64,000 nt of DNA. Origin: Vulcanimicrobiota bacterium (lineage in GTDB: Bacteria > Vulcanimicrobiota > Vulcanimicrobiia > Vulcanimicrobiales > Vulcanimicrobiaceae). The stretch spans positions 25,749 to 89,748 of the forward strand of contig CAWHMK010000002.1 in the NCBI GenBank assembly GCA_963830545.1. The letters are read 5' to 3'. The notes under the pieces are model-generated. The model was given only the letters and a program-made list of their open reading frames with translations. It was not told where the DNA came from and did not search any database. The position numbers and the translations under genes are program-made. Positions 26,555-38,023 of the stretch are shown piece after piece; position 1 is the stretch's first letter, and the number at the start of each line of letters is the position of its first letter.

Positions 26555-27907
26555 CTAGTAATCCGTATCCGCGGGCTGGTCGTCGGTCATGTCTTGAAAA
26601 AACGCCGCTTGCCGGAACGTGTCCACGGGTCTGAACGGACCGGGCTGCTGCGTGAAGTCGAAACAATCCCGCAGCGCATCCGATCGTTCGTCGGTGGTGT
26701 GCAGTGACGGCAAATCGAACGCGGTCTCCGCGAATTTTATGATGCTGCCGAATTCGTGCTGGACGTGCGAAACGTAGTGCCGTTTGGCCCACGGTGAAAT
26801 GACGAGCATCGGTACGCGAAACCCGAGTCCCATACGATCCAGTTGCGGGGGCTTTACGTGGTCGTACCAGCCGCCCCAGTCGTCCCACACGACGATGATC
26901 GCCGTCGAATTCCATAGCGGACTGTGCCCGATAGTATTGACGATCGATGCAACCCAGTCCGGGCCGTATACAGCCCCTTCCACGCCTAGATCGCGTGGGC
27001 TGCGCTGAACCGGAAAAGCATGATCCGAATTGCGGGCAGTCGGTACCACCCACGTGATGTTCGGCAAGTCGGCGCGGCGCGCATCGCGCAGAATCTGCGT
27101 CTCCGGTGAAATCACGTTCGCCCAGTACGGCGAATAACGAATGTGCCGGATCGCATCGAACGCCGACCAAATGTTGCCCAATTCGTCCAGACCGGGTGCG
27201 TAATAACGCCACGTGACACCCAGGGGCATTGCGATGTCGGCAAGCGTCTCGAAATTGTAACAGGGCCAAGGTCCCGGAACCTCGCTGCCGTCCGGCGCGA
27301 TCATCGTCACGCGCGCCGTCAGCGGCGAGTCGCACCCCCATGCGAAGCGCGTGGTTTCCATTTCATTGGGATTGTTCGCCGCAAATTCCGACTGCCCGGA
27401 AATCAGATACAAATGTGCGGGAAACGTCGGGCCGGTGTTCGATTGAAACATGCGGTCGCCAAACGTGTACTCTTCGCCGAGTTCGAAGTACGGTTCGACT
27501 TCGCGCCGAGGGACGTACGCGTACGCAAAATCGGGGTCCTGCCGAGGCAGCGTGTCGACGCGATCCCATCCGTCCATGCGTCCGTCGTCGTATTCCTGAA
27601 CGAATGCTTTGTGCTGATGGTCTACGTCCGCTCCGTATGCCAAACTCACCGGATGCAATTTCACCGGCCCGTTGTGATCCACTCCGTAGTCGGCCGTGTC
27701 GGCGCCGGGAAAGCCGTGAAACAGGTTGTCAACGCTGCGGTTTTCTTGGATGACGATCACGATGTGCTTGATGTGTGCCCGAAGTTGCGTCATGTAGTCG
27801 TACTCGGCGCGACGCTGTACGTTGATGGGTTTTCCGAGCGCCGGCGCCGCGCAGCACAAGGCGCAAATCATCCACGGCGCGGACAAGAGCCATCTGCGAT
27901 AGTTCAT
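26555..27907 (-). CDS. Phosphoesterase family protein (phospholipase C / AcpA-like acid phosphatase)
   Basis: Start ATG 27907 (MNYRRWLLSAPWMICALCCAAPALG signal). IKHIVIVIQENRSVDNLFHGFPG is typical of the Pfam Phosphoesterase family. Confidence 0.8.
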   Translation of the reverse strand: MNYRRWLLSAPWMICALCCAAPALGKPINVQRRAEYDYMTQLRAHIKHIVIVIQENRSVDNLFHGFPGADTADYGVDHNGPVKLHPVSLAYGADVDHQHKAFVQEYDDGRMDGWDRVDTLPRQDPDFAYAYVPRREVEPYFELGEEYTFGDRMFQSNTGPTFPAHLYLISGQSEFAANNPNEMETTRFAWGCDSPLTARVTMIAPDGSEVPGPWPCYNFETLADIAMPLGVTWRYYAPGLDELGNIWSAFDAIRHIRYSPYWANVISPETQILRDARRADLPNITWVVPTARNSDHAFPVQRSPRDLGVEGAVYGPDWVASIVNTIGHSPLWNSTAIIVVWDDWGGWYDHVKPPQLDRMGLGFRVPMLVISPWAKRHYVSHVQHEFGSIIKFAETAFDLPSLHTTDERSDALRDCFDFTQQPGPFRPVDTFRQAAFFQDMTDDQPADTDY

Positions 27908-28806
27908 CGAGATGAGTGTACCCGTTTGCGATCGGGGCGTTCCTTCAAGACCTTGGTAAAATCGGCGCCGGCCAGTACGACGGATGCGGAGTAATAAAGC
28001 CAAAGCAAAACGGCGATAACCACGCCGACGTCCGCGTACGGCGAGCGCGCGTCCATTTGGCCGAGATAGACGGAGAGGGCGAACTGGCCGCGCTCGTACA
28101 GCACGGCGCTAATGAACGCGGCGATCCAAACCTTTCGCCACGGAACGTCGACGGGCGGCAAATACGCGAAGATGAAGAGAAAGACGAACGTGAGCACGAG
28201 GATGGTCGCGCCGATGACGAGCGACTGATAGAGCACGCCCTGCAGCATGGTCAGGTGATGCGTGTGCTCCGTGAGTGCATGTACGGAGGCGCCGGCGAAA
28301 AGCAGAACGACCAGCACGAACGTGAGTAGATAGATCGCAGCAAATTGCGGTGCGTGGCGTTTGGCGTCTTTTGCCGCGCCGCGTTGCTCCCAAACCACGT
28401 CGAGTGCCTGCTGCGTCTGGAATGCAGCAGCAGTTACCGCGATAAGAAATACAATTGCACCGGCGGCGAGCGCAATCCATGCATCGTGCCGTGCGGCCGC
28501 TTCTCGTAAAATGCCCTCGAGCATCTGTGCGTTGTGCGTTCCGGCGACGTGTCGGGTTTGGCCGCGTGTCTGCTCTGCGGCGGCTCCACGCCCGCCTACG
28601 TGAGACGCAACATACACGGCAACCAGCCCCAAGCCCGCCAGCGCAAGGGCGCCGTAAAACGCCAGCGACGACGCCATCTCTGCGGAACGATGCGCCCGCC
28701 ACTCGTGCGCCGTGAGTTGAAACATCTTCCAAACCGTTCGCGCCAAACTCCGCAGCATACCGGCACTATTCCCGGAATAGCGGCCGACGCGAAACGCACT
28801 ACGCAC
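27904..28806 (-). CDS. YihY/BrkB family membrane protein
   Basis: 300 aa, multi-TM. AEMASSLAFYGALALAGLGLV is a typical YihY N-region. Stop overlaps the downstream start (ATGA). The start (GTG 28806 or a later ATG) is uncertain. Confidence 0.75.
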   Translation of the reverse strand: MRSAFRVGRYSGNSAGMLRSLARTVWKMFQLTAHEWRAHRSAEMASSLAFYGALALAGLGLVAVYVASHVGGRGAAAEQTRGQTRHVAGTHNAQMLEGILREAAARHDAWIALAAGAIVFLIAVTAAAFQTQQALDVVWEQRGAAKDAKRHAPQFAAIYLLTFVLVVLLFAGASVHALTEHTHHLTMLQGVLYQSLVIGATILVLTFVFLFIFAYLPPVDVPWRKVWIAAFISAVLYERGQFALSVYLGQMDARSPYADVGVVIAVLLWLYYSASVVLAGADFTKVLKERPDRKRVHSSR

Positions 28807-28811
28807 CTATG

Positions 28812-28836
28812 AAAAAAGACCGGGCTGCTGCCCGGC
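28812..28836 (-). terminator. Intrinsic terminator after ftsZ
   Basis: Minus strand reads CCGGGC-AGCA-GCCCGG followed by TCTTTTTT, about 25 nt after the ftsZ stop. Confidence 0.6.
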
Positions 28837-28862
28837 CTTTCCGAGAATTTCGATCTTCGTCT

Positions 28863-29936
28863 CTAACCGCGGTAGCGTAAGAACGCGGGCACCTCGATGT
28901 CGTCCATGTTGAGCGGCGCAACCGCGTCGATCTTCGTTTCGGCGAAATTGAAGCCGCTGCTCGCGCGCGCGTAGCTGCGCGATTGACCGAAACCCGCAGC
29001 CAGCACCGTGACGCGGACCTTGCCCGTCATCGTTGGGTCGATACTTGCGCCGAAGATGATCTGTGCGTCGTTGTCGACCGCGCGGCTGATCATTTCTGCC
29101 GCTTCGTTGACTTCGTACATCGCCATGTCGGAACCGCCCGTGATATTGAATATCACGCCGCGCGCGCCTTCAATGGTCGTCTCGAGCAGCGGCGAGGCGA
29201 TCGCCTTTTGCGCTGCGTCGGCCGCGCGATGCTCGCCGGAACCTTCGCCGATGCCCATCATCGCGCTTCCGGCGTCGGTCATAATCGTCTTGACGTCGGC
29301 AAAATCCAGATTGATGAGACCCGGCTGCGTAATCAGATCGGAGATACCCTGAATGCCCTGACGCAGCACGTCGTCGGCGTACGAAAACGCCTCGTTCAAC
29401 GGCGTGCGCTTCTCGATGACTTGCAGAATACGCTCGTTCGGAATCGTGATGAGCGTATCGACTTTGGCTTCAAGTTCAGCGATCCCGTGCTCCGCCGCCT
29501 GCATGCGTTTGCGGCCTTCGAACGCGAACGGTTTGGTAACGACCGCAATCGTCAGCGCTCCCGTTTCTCGCGCGATCTCGGCAATCACCGGAGCGGCTCC
29601 GGTGCCGGTGCCGCCGCCCATGCCCGCAGTGATGAACACCAAATCCGCGCCGTCGATAATCATTGCAAGATCTTCGCGCGAGTCTTCGGCCGCTTCTCGC
29701 GCAAGCGTCGGATTCGCGCCGGCGCCCAACCCTCGCGTGAGGTTGCTGCCTATCTGTACGGTGTTCTCGGTGAGCGCGTTGCGCAGCGCCTGCACGTCCG
29801 AATTCACCGCGAAGAATTCGACGCCGGACAAGCCGGCCTCGACCATGCGGTTTATCGCATTGCAGCCGCCGCCGCCGACGCCGACCACTTTGATCGTTGC
29901 CGCGTGTTCCGGAACGTAGCGCTTCGCATCAGCCAT
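28863..29936 (-). CDS. ftsZ: Cell division GTPase FtsZ
   Basis: ATG 29936 preceded by [19 protein letters not shown], tubulin signature [14 protein letters not shown]-terminal peptide DIEVPAFLR. Confidence 0.95.
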   Translation of the reverse strand: MADAKRYVPEHAATIKVVGVGGGGCNAINRMVEAGLSGVEFFAVNSDVQALRNALTENTVQIGSNLTRGLGAGANPTLAREAAEDSREDLAMIIDGADLVFITAGMGGGTGTGAAPVIAEIARETGALTIAVVTKPFAFEGRKRMQAAEHGIAELEAKVDTLITIPNERILQVIEKRTPLNEAFSYADDVLRQGIQGISDLITQPGLINLDFADVKTIMTDAGSAMMGIGEGSGEHRAADAAQKAIASPLLETTIEGARGVIFNITGGSDMAMYEVNEAAEMISRAVDNDAQIIFGASIDPTMTGKVRVTVLAAGFGQSRSYARASSGFNFAETKIDAVAPLNMDDIEVPAFLRYRG

Positions 29937-29977
29937 GGTGAGGATATCCTCCGTAAAAAGTGAGGGTTGGTTCCGAT

Positions 29978-31195
<1,218 letters not shown>

Positions 31196-31418
31196 TCTAC
31201 CGGCGCTCCGCTGAACTTTCGGCTGGCATCAACTCTCCCAGGGGCATCCCCAACATATTGTGTGCGGCTTAGCAAAACCCTACTACGTATAGCGGGTCTT
31301 GGCAAGGATTTCCAAAGGTTAGGTGGGCGCTGCGGCACTCCTTGCGAGCAACCTGTGAGCAAGCAAAACCGCGCGAGGATTCGACCGCTAGCGAAAAAAA
31401 AGGCGCACGGGAGGGTTC

Positions 31419-31982
31419 ATGCTGCAGACGCTGTTGTTTTTTCACATCCTTGCGGTCGTCGGGCTTTTCGTCGCTATGTCGCTCGAGCTTATTGCCACGG
31501 CGCGCGTTCATCGCGCGATTACGCTTGCGGAGGTGCGCGCAGCTACACTCAATACGCCCGCGATCGGACCGATCATGGGCCTTTCGACGCTGCTGCTCGT
31601 GGCTATGGGCATTTCGATGATTTATGCGGGCGGCTTCGGATGGAGGCCCGGCTGGATCGCCGCCGTCTTCGTGCTGACCGTCGTCCTTGCGATCCTCGGG
31701 CCGCTGGTGAACGGGCGAAAGGCCCAAGCGCTCTATGCCCTTGCCCTTGCCGCGGGCGAGGGTCCCATTACGGCGGCCGTCGACGCGGCGCGTCGCGATT
31801 GGCTCTTCAATTACATGCTGTGCGCAACGTTCTTCGAACTCATCGCCGCACTTTACGTGATGGTGACCAAGCCCGATCTCGGGCCTTCGGTATGGATCAT
31901 CGTCGCCGCGGCGGTGCTGGCGGCAGCGCCGGCCTCGCTGCTGGTGCGCCGCAACCTCCCGGAGGTATCGACCGAAGCGTAG
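31419..31982 (+). CDS. Hypothetical integral membrane protein (4 predicted TM helices)
   Basis: 187 aa. Hydrophobic segments LLFFHILAVVGLFVAMSL, IMGLSTLLLVAMGISMI, WIAAVFVLTVVLAILGPL and WIIVAAAVLAAAPASLL. GGGAGGG SD upstream. Confidence 0.6.
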   Translation: MLQTLLFFHILAVVGLFVAMSLELIATARVHRAITLAEVRAATLNTPAIGPIMGLSTLLLVAMGISMIYAGGFGWRPGWIAAVFVLTVVLAILGPLVNGRKAQALYALALAAGEGPITAAVDAARRDWLFNYMLCATFFELIAALYVMVTKPDLGPSVWIIVAAAVLAAAPASLLVRRNLPEVSTEA

Positions 31983-32029
31983 GCATTTCGGCTTAATTTT
32001 TGGAGGCCCGCGCCGACATACAACACGAT

Positions 32030-34115
32030 ATGGTTCAGAAGCGCACGAGTCTCGAACGCGGGCTTACTTTTTCCTTCCTCATCGTCATCGCCATCGTAGC
32101 GATGTCCATACCGGTGATGGTTTGGGCAATGAGCGGCGTTACCACCCAAGCTCAAGTGCTGCACGACACGATCATTCGCGGCGAACTCGCGTATGTAAAG
32201 GTCGCTTCGGACGCGGATACGCTGCGCGCGGCGTCGATTGATGCGGCGACGAACGCCAATCCGTTCAAAGCTGCTGCTTCGCTCGCCAAAGCCAAGGCAA
32301 TGGTCGCGCAGTTTCCCGACGACGCCCGCAAGATGGGCGACATGACCGCAACCGACGCGGCGATCAAACCGCTCGTCGAACGGTTCGTCGGCAAAAAGGA
32401 CGCGAGCACCGGCGCGGTGAGCGGCGGCAGCGCGAGCGCGTATGACTTTCAGGCATTGGCCGGCGTTGGGCTGCTCGCGCAAGGCAAAAAGGCCGAAGCG
32501 CTCAAGCAGGTTCAGGGGATGGCGGCGGCGGCATTCGAGCAGCAAAGCGCCGACGGAGATGCGCTTCTGAGCGCGCTCAAGAGGAATTCGGACGAACGAT
32601 TCGACGAGCTGCTGCAAGCGCGCACACTTGCGCTAGGTCTCTCGGTCGCGAGCGCGATTCTCGCCGCGCTCGTGGCGTTCGTCGCGATGGCCTGGTTCCG
32701 GCGCAGTATGAACGCGGGACTGGGGCGCTGCCTGGACGTTTTCGAATCCATGGGCCGCGGAGATCTCACGGCGCGTGTCGGCTGGCACGGCGGCGATCTG
32801 CTGGGACGTCTGGGTTCTGCGGTCGATCAACTGGGCGAGCGTCTCTCGCAGATTATTTCGACGATTCAGCACGCCGTAATGACAGTCCAAACGGCCAGCT
32901 CGCACACCAACGACACCAGCTCGCCAAGTCGAAGCGCGCGTTGCCGAAGAACTCGCGACGCTGGCCCGCGCGGCAGAATTTTCAACCTCCGTACGTGGTA
33001 CTGCCGGCACCGTCGCCGACAACGCCGAGCAAGTCGCGCGCCGGGTAACGGACATATCCAGTGCAGTTGCGGAAATGACGGCATCGATTCAGGAGATGGA
33101 TCAAAACCTCTTGAATCTCGCGACCGTCGTCGAGCAAGCGGTCGCGAACACGCAAGAGATGTCGGCTTCCATCGTGCAGGTTGCGGGCAATGCGGAGCGC
33201 GTTCGCCAAGAATCGACCAGCACGGACAAACAAGTCCGCGAAGGCCGCAACGAGGTTACGCAGCTTTCCAAAGGCATGTCGAGCATTAGCGACACCGTCG
33301 CCGACGTCGTTACCGAGATGCAAAGCCTCGACCAAGCCTCACGCCAAATCGGTGAAATTCTGGGCCTGATCGAAGAAATCGCCGACCAAACCAATTTGCT
33401 CGCGCTCAACGCCGCAATCGAGGCGGCTCGCGCGGGCGAGCACGGCCGCGGTTTCGCCGTCGTCGCGGACGAAGTGCGCAAACTGGCAGAAAACTCCGCG
33501 AGTTCCACCAAGCAAATCGGACAGCTCGTCGCAGACATCCAGCGCCGCACCACGGCGGTGCTCGAGCGCACGGCTCGCGCGAACAACCTGGTTCAGAATA
33601 ATGCCGCTTCCGCGCGCACGGTCACGGACATGATCGAAACGATCAGCCGGCGGGTCACCGAGATGGCTCAGCTGGTCAGCGAAATCAGCGTCGCGACCAC
33701 CGAACAGGCGCGGGCTTCCGAAGAGCTGGCCAAGGCGAGCGAGCAAATGGGCGCAATGACGCACGAAGCCGCGGCGACGATGCGCGAGCAGGCCATCACT
33801 TCGAACCAAATTCTCGAAAGCGTTTCCGAAATCGAATCCCGCACGGGCCAAGTCGCGCAGGCCTCACAAGAGCAGCAAATCGCCATCGAGTCTCTGGGTC
33901 AAACCATCGGCCGGACCTCGGAATTGGGCCGCGAAAACTCCGGAGCGGTGACCGAGGTCGCCGGACAGACGTCCGACGTGCTCTCGGAGGCGTCATCTCT
34001 GCAAGAACTCGTGGGTCAATTCCAGGTTGCCTCGAACGGCCGGCCCGCATTGAGCGACGAAGAAAAAGCCCGTCAGTCGCTGGAAGACCAGGGGTCCCTT
34101 GCGCTCTCATCGTAG
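32030..34115 (+). CDS. Methyl-accepting chemotaxis protein (frame interrupted near 32924)
   Basis: TM, periplasmic domain, TM, HAMP, then signalling domain [38 protein letters not shown]. ORFs 32000..33289 and 33075..34115 join via a +1 change. 2086 nt = 3n+1. Confidence 0.85.
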
Positions 34116-34183
34116 CCTAGAAAGTGGCACAGTGGAGTGCCCGTTCGTTTATCGCTCTTCTCGGCAAATCTAACGGAGACATC

Positions 34184-34471
34184 GTGCGTACACTATTGCC
34201 CTTGCTTGCACTCATTGCGGCGTTGGCCGCACCCGCCGTCGCGACGGCCGGCAATACCGTGGACCCCTCACTCATTCCGGATGGCACCTATACCGCCACC
34301 GTGGAAAAGGTCGTAGATTCCAAACACATCCTCGTCAAACTCGACAACGGCATGGAAGCGAATCTCACGACGAACCGAAGCAACGTGGACTTCAGCAAAA
34401 TCGCACCCAACGACCACATCATGATGTCGCTCATCAAGGGGCTCGTCGCGGTCTACGCCAAAAAGAGCTGA
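34184..34471 (+). CDS. Small secreted hypothetical protein
   Basis: GTG 34184 after GGAGA. Signal peptide VRTLLPLLALIAALAAPAVATA. 95 aa with no recognised family. Confidence 0.5.
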   Translation: MRTLLPLLALIAALAAPAVATAGNTVDPSLIPDGTYTATVEKVVDSKHILVKLDNGMEANLTTNRSNVDFSKIAPNDHIMMSLIKGLVAVYAKKS

Positions 34472-34493
34472 ACCCGGTTCAACGCAATTCCAA

Positions 34494-34520
34494 CGGCCTC
34501 GCAATCGCGAGGCCGTTTTT
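34494..34520 (+). terminator. Intrinsic terminator
   Basis: CGGCCTCGC-AATC-GCGAGGCCG followed by TTTTT. Lies between convergent genes (34471 end on plus, ftsQ end 34552 on minus). Confidence 0.7.
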
Positions 34521-34551
34521 GCGCGCAGCACGCCGGATTTGCGGAATTCGC

Positions 34552-35295
34552 TCAGTGTTTGTAAACGACCACCGGCGTTCCGGGCGCGCGCAGATCGACC
34601 GCTGCCAGTTTTTTGCCGGTTGCGCTTATCTGCGAAATGATCGGATCGATGAGCGGCGTCTTCTTCGACAAGTCCGCATCTTCGCCGAGCAGCAGCCGGA
34701 TATTGCTTCGTGTGACGGCGACCAAATCGCCGAACCGATCGTAGTCCAGCGACCTCGCGGCGACGTGCGCGCGCGTCAGCGCGCCGTAGTCGTCGCACAG
34801 CCGCCGGACCTTGCCGTCGCGCACGAAGCCGCCCGGCGGCGGAACGCGCGCGTTTTTCGAAACGATCAGCGGCAGCGATCCGCCCACATTCGGCTGCCCC
34901 AGCACGCGAAGGTCGCGATCGACGAGGACGCGCGTTCCCCGGCCTTCGAGGATCGCGAACGGCAAACGCTCCGTAACGGCGATCCGCACCGAAGCGGGCA
35001 GAGAACGCCGTACGCGCGCACTGTTCACGTACGGAATCGTTTCGATGCGCGCCGCATCCGCGCGAACGTTCTGCAGCCAGACGTTTTCGTGAGGCGCTAT
35101 TTGCGCGCGCGATAAAATTTCCGCGGTCGGAACCAGGCGATTTCCGCTCACAGTCACCGTTCTCGGATAAAAACCCGGCCACGTCGCCGCGTAACAGACA
35201 GTAGCAATCGCAGCGACGGCGAGCACGAGGATCGCAATCCAAAACGGACGCAAGCGCGCTGCCGGTGATTTGCGCCGGCGTTTTGACGTGGTCAT
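34552..35295 (-). CDS. ftsQ: Cell division protein FtsQ/DivIB
   Basis: ATG 35295 (ATGA overlap). Basic tail, one TM (FWIAILVLAVAAIATV), POTRA-like VTVSGNRLVPTAEILSRAQI, then the FtsQ beta domain. Confidence 0.75.
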   Translation of the reverse strand: MTTSKRRRKSPAARLRPFWIAILVLAVAAIATVCYAATWPGFYPRTVTVSGNRLVPTAEILSRAQIAPHENVWLQNVRADAARIETIPYVNSARVRRSLPASVRIAVTERLPFAILEGRGTRVLVDRDLRVLGQPNVGGSLPLIVSKNARVPPPGGFVRDGKVRRLCDDYGALTRAHVAARSLDYDRFGDLVAVTRSNIRLLLGEDADLSKKTPLIDPIISQISATGKKLAAVDLRAPGTPVVVYKH

Positions 35296-36095
35296 GTTGC
35301 GAGCACGAACCGTTCCAAGGCTTCGGCGACGCCGTCGTTTTCCACGTCTGCAACGATCGCGTCTGCGACTCGTTGCAGTTCGGCCGGCGCGGAGCCCATC
35401 GCGACGCCGAAACCGGCCGCCTCGAGCAGCGGCGCGTCGTTCCAGGAATCGCCCACGGCGAGGACCTGCTCCATGGGGATGCCGAGATGGCGCGCGACGA
35501 TCTGCAGCGATTTGCCTTTGTTCACGTTGGAGTTCATCACTTCGATGAACCAAGGAATACTCCGCGTAACGTAGGCGCGATCGCCGCAAAGCGCCTGCAC
35601 GCGCGGCAGATGCTCGACGACGACGTCGGGCTCTGCGATGATACACGCTTTGGTTGCGTCCCAGACCTCGAACTGCCCCGCTAGCGACGGCACGACGATC
35701 GGTTCCACTCCGGAAATCGTTGCGTACAAGTCGGAATACCGGTTGCGCTGCTCGCAATAATAGCGGTCATTGGCATAGAGTTGGATATGCAGGCCGTTGC
35801 GGTGCGCGTAGGCGTTGAGTTCGAGCGCCTGCGCGTTCGGCAGCGGCACGTCGGAAAGCACTTCGTCAGTCTGCGGATCGATCACCGCTGCGCCCTGATA
35901 GCACACAACCGGCGCACTGAAATGCAGCTGACGCACGAAGGGAAGCGCCGCGCGATACATGCGCCCTGTCACGATGCAGCCCTCGACGCCGCCCCGGCGC
36001 ATCTTCTCGATGGCGGAAAGCACGCGCGGACGCAGCAGCAGCTCCTCGCCCAGAAGCGTTCCGTCCAAATCGAACGCGACGAGTTTATATTTCAT
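35292..36095 (-). CDS. Cof-type HAD-IIB phosphatase
   Basis: MKYKLVAFDLDGTLL (motif I) .. GDSWNDAPLLEAAGFGVAMG (motif IV). Start overlaps the hisD stop by 11 nt. Confidence 0.8.
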   Translation of the reverse strand: MKYKLVAFDLDGTLLGEELLLRPRVLSAIEKMRRGGVEGCIVTGRMYRAALPFVRQLHFSAPVVCYQGAAVIDPQTDEVLSDVPLPNAQALELNAYAHRNGLHIQLYANDRYYCEQRNRYSDLYATISGVEPIVVPSLAGQFEVWDATKACIIAEPDVVVEHLPRVQALCGDRAYVTRSIPWFIEVMNSNVNKGKSLQIVARHLGIPMEQVLAVGDSWNDAPLLEAAGFGVAMGSAPAELQRVADAIVADVENDGVAEALERFVLAT

Positions 36096-37392
36096 CTTGC
36101 CGCTCGGAACACCGCAAAAGAGCGCTTCGGGCATGTTGCGGTAGTCCTTCGAAATGTGCGAGTGCCGCAAGCGTCCGCGCGTCGGCCGCCATGCGTTCCG
36201 GGCTATTTTCCACGACGCTGAACGACCGCATGAAATCGTCCGTTCTCAGCCCCGACGAGAACCGCGCCGCGCCCGAGGTCGGAAGCACGTGATTGGTGCC
36301 GGCGATGTAGTCGCCGGCCGCGACCGGCGTATGCGGGCCGACGAAGATCGCACCTGCGCGGCGAATGTGCGGCAAGTACGCTTGCGGATCGGCGACGTAG
36401 AGCGCCAGATGCTCGGGAGAAAAGCGTTCGATGACGCGAAACACCTGTTTGCGTTTTGCGGCGTGCACGAGATAGGCGCCGTGCTCGAGGACCCGCGCGA
36501 TGATTTCGCCTCGCGGGAATGCCTTCACGTCCGCATCCGCGAGCTGTTGCGCGCAGGCTTCAAGAATCTGCCGTGATTCCGAAACGACCGCGACGCGCGC
36601 GAGCGGATCGTGCTCGGCCTGCGCGAGCAGTTCGGCAACGATCAGGCCGGCGTTTGCGGATTCGTCCGCGACGACGAGCACTTCCGAGGGTCCCGCCAAT
36701 CCGTCGATGCCGCAGACTCCGAAAACTTGACGCTTTGCCTCGGTCACCCAAACGTTGCCGGGCCCCACGATCTTGTCGACGCGTGCGATAGACTGTGTTC
36801 CGTATGCTGCCGCTGCGATCGCCTGCGCGCCACCTACGGCGTACAGTTCGTCGACGTCGCAGAGCCAGCAGGCGAAGAGGACGGCAGGCGCGATACGCCC
36901 GTCACGCTGCGGCGGCGTCAGTACCACCGTCCGCGAGACGCCGGCGATCCGGGCCGGAACGACGCACATGATGACGGACGAGGGCAGCGCTGCAGTTCCG
37001 CCGGGAACGTACGCTGCGACCGAATCGAGCGGAGTGCGCCGGAATGCGTACTTCGTTCCGTCGCCGTCCGTATATTCCACGTCCGGATGAAGCTGGCGCC
37101 GGTGAAACTGCTCCACGCGCTCCCGCGCAAGTGCCAAGGCCTCGACGATCTCGTGAGGTACGAGCGTTCGCGCCTGCTCGAACATGGGAATCGGAACGCG
37201 CAATTTACTGATGTCGTACGTCGGATCGTCGAACCGGCGCGTGTATGCGACTATCGCCGAATCGCCGCGCGCGCGCACGTCCGCGACGATCCGGGCAACG
37301 CCGGCACTCACATCTGCGGGGGGATCCCAGGCGCCGCAATACAAACCCGCGAGCGCGTGGCGATCGAGTGCGCTAACGATGGAGAGCGTCAT
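36085..37392 (-). CDS. hisD: Histidinol dehydrogenase
   Basis: 435 aa. AVGGAQAIAAAAYGT, GPGNVWVTEAKR, AGPSEVLVVAD, QAEHD. Confidence 0.95.
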   Translation of the reverse strand: MTLSIVSALDRHALAGLYCGAWDPPADVSAGVARIVADVRARGDSAIVAYTRRFDDPTYDISKLRVPIPMFEQARTLVPHEIVEALALARERVEQFHRRQLHPDVEYTDGDGTKYAFRRTPLDSVAAYVPGGTAALPSSVIMCVVPARIAGVSRTVVLTPPQRDGRIAPAVLFACWLCDVDELYAVGGAQAIAAAAYGTQSIARVDKIVGPGNVWVTEAKRQVFGVCGIDGLAGPSEVLVVADESANAGLIVAELLAQAEHDPLARVAVVSESRQILEACAQQLADADVKAFPRGEIIARVLEHGAYLVHAAKRKQVFRVIERFSPEHLALYVADPQAYLPHIRRAGAIFVGPHTPVAAGDYIAGTNHVLPTSGAARFSSGLRTDDFMRSFSVVENSPERMAADARTLAALAHFEGLPQHARSALLRCSERQDEI

Positions 37393-38023
37393 GCGCGGCC
37401 TCTCCGACGCGGTCGATCAAATTTCGAAGCTGCGTATATTTCGCGCGAAACCGGACCGGATTGACGACGAGCCGGGCCGTGGACGACGCGATTTCGTCGA
37501 CGACCACCATGTCGTGTTCGCGCAGGGTGTTGCCGGTGGCGACGAGGTCGACGATGACGTCCGAGAGGCCGACGAGCGGACTGAGTTCCACCGAACCGTG
37601 CAGCGCGATGATCTCGCACGGTAAATCACGCTCGGCGAAGTACGCTTGCGCAGATCGTTTGAATTTCGTCGCGACCCGCAAAAAAGTCGGATAGCGCGCG
37701 CCGAGATGATAGTCGTCGCTGCGGCGCGCCGCAACGACGAGCGTACACGCGCCATACCCCAGGTTCGCGACCTCGCTAACCGAACGATCAGTTTCCCAAA
37801 GAACGTCCTTGCCCACGATGCCGCAATCGGCGGCGCCGAACTCAACATAGGCGGGGACGTCGGCAGGACGGAGCAGCAGCAGTTCCGCTTTACCGTCTTC
37901 GCTCATCACGGTCAGCCGCCGCCCGGTCTCCACCGGAACCTCGATGCCTGCCCGCCGCAAACGGGCCGCGGTATGCGCGTACAGCGATCCTTTCGGCACG
38001 GCGATCACGAGTCGCTCACTCAA
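37373..38023 (-). CDS. hisG: ATP phosphoribosyltransferase, short (HisZ-dependent) form
   Basis: 216 aa. LVIAVPKGSL .. DLVATGNTLREH. No C-terminal regulatory domain. Confidence 0.9.
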   Translation of the reverse strand: MSERLVIAVPKGSLYAHTAARLRRAGIEVPVETGRRLTVMSEDGKAELLLLRPADVPAYVEFGAADCGIVGKDVLWETDRSVSEVANLGYGACTLVVAARRSDDYHLGARYPTFLRVATKFKRSAQAYFAERDLPCEIIALHGSVELSPLVGLSDVIVDLVATGNTLREHDMVVVDEIASSTARLVVNPVRFRAKYTQLRNLIDRVGEAAHDALHR

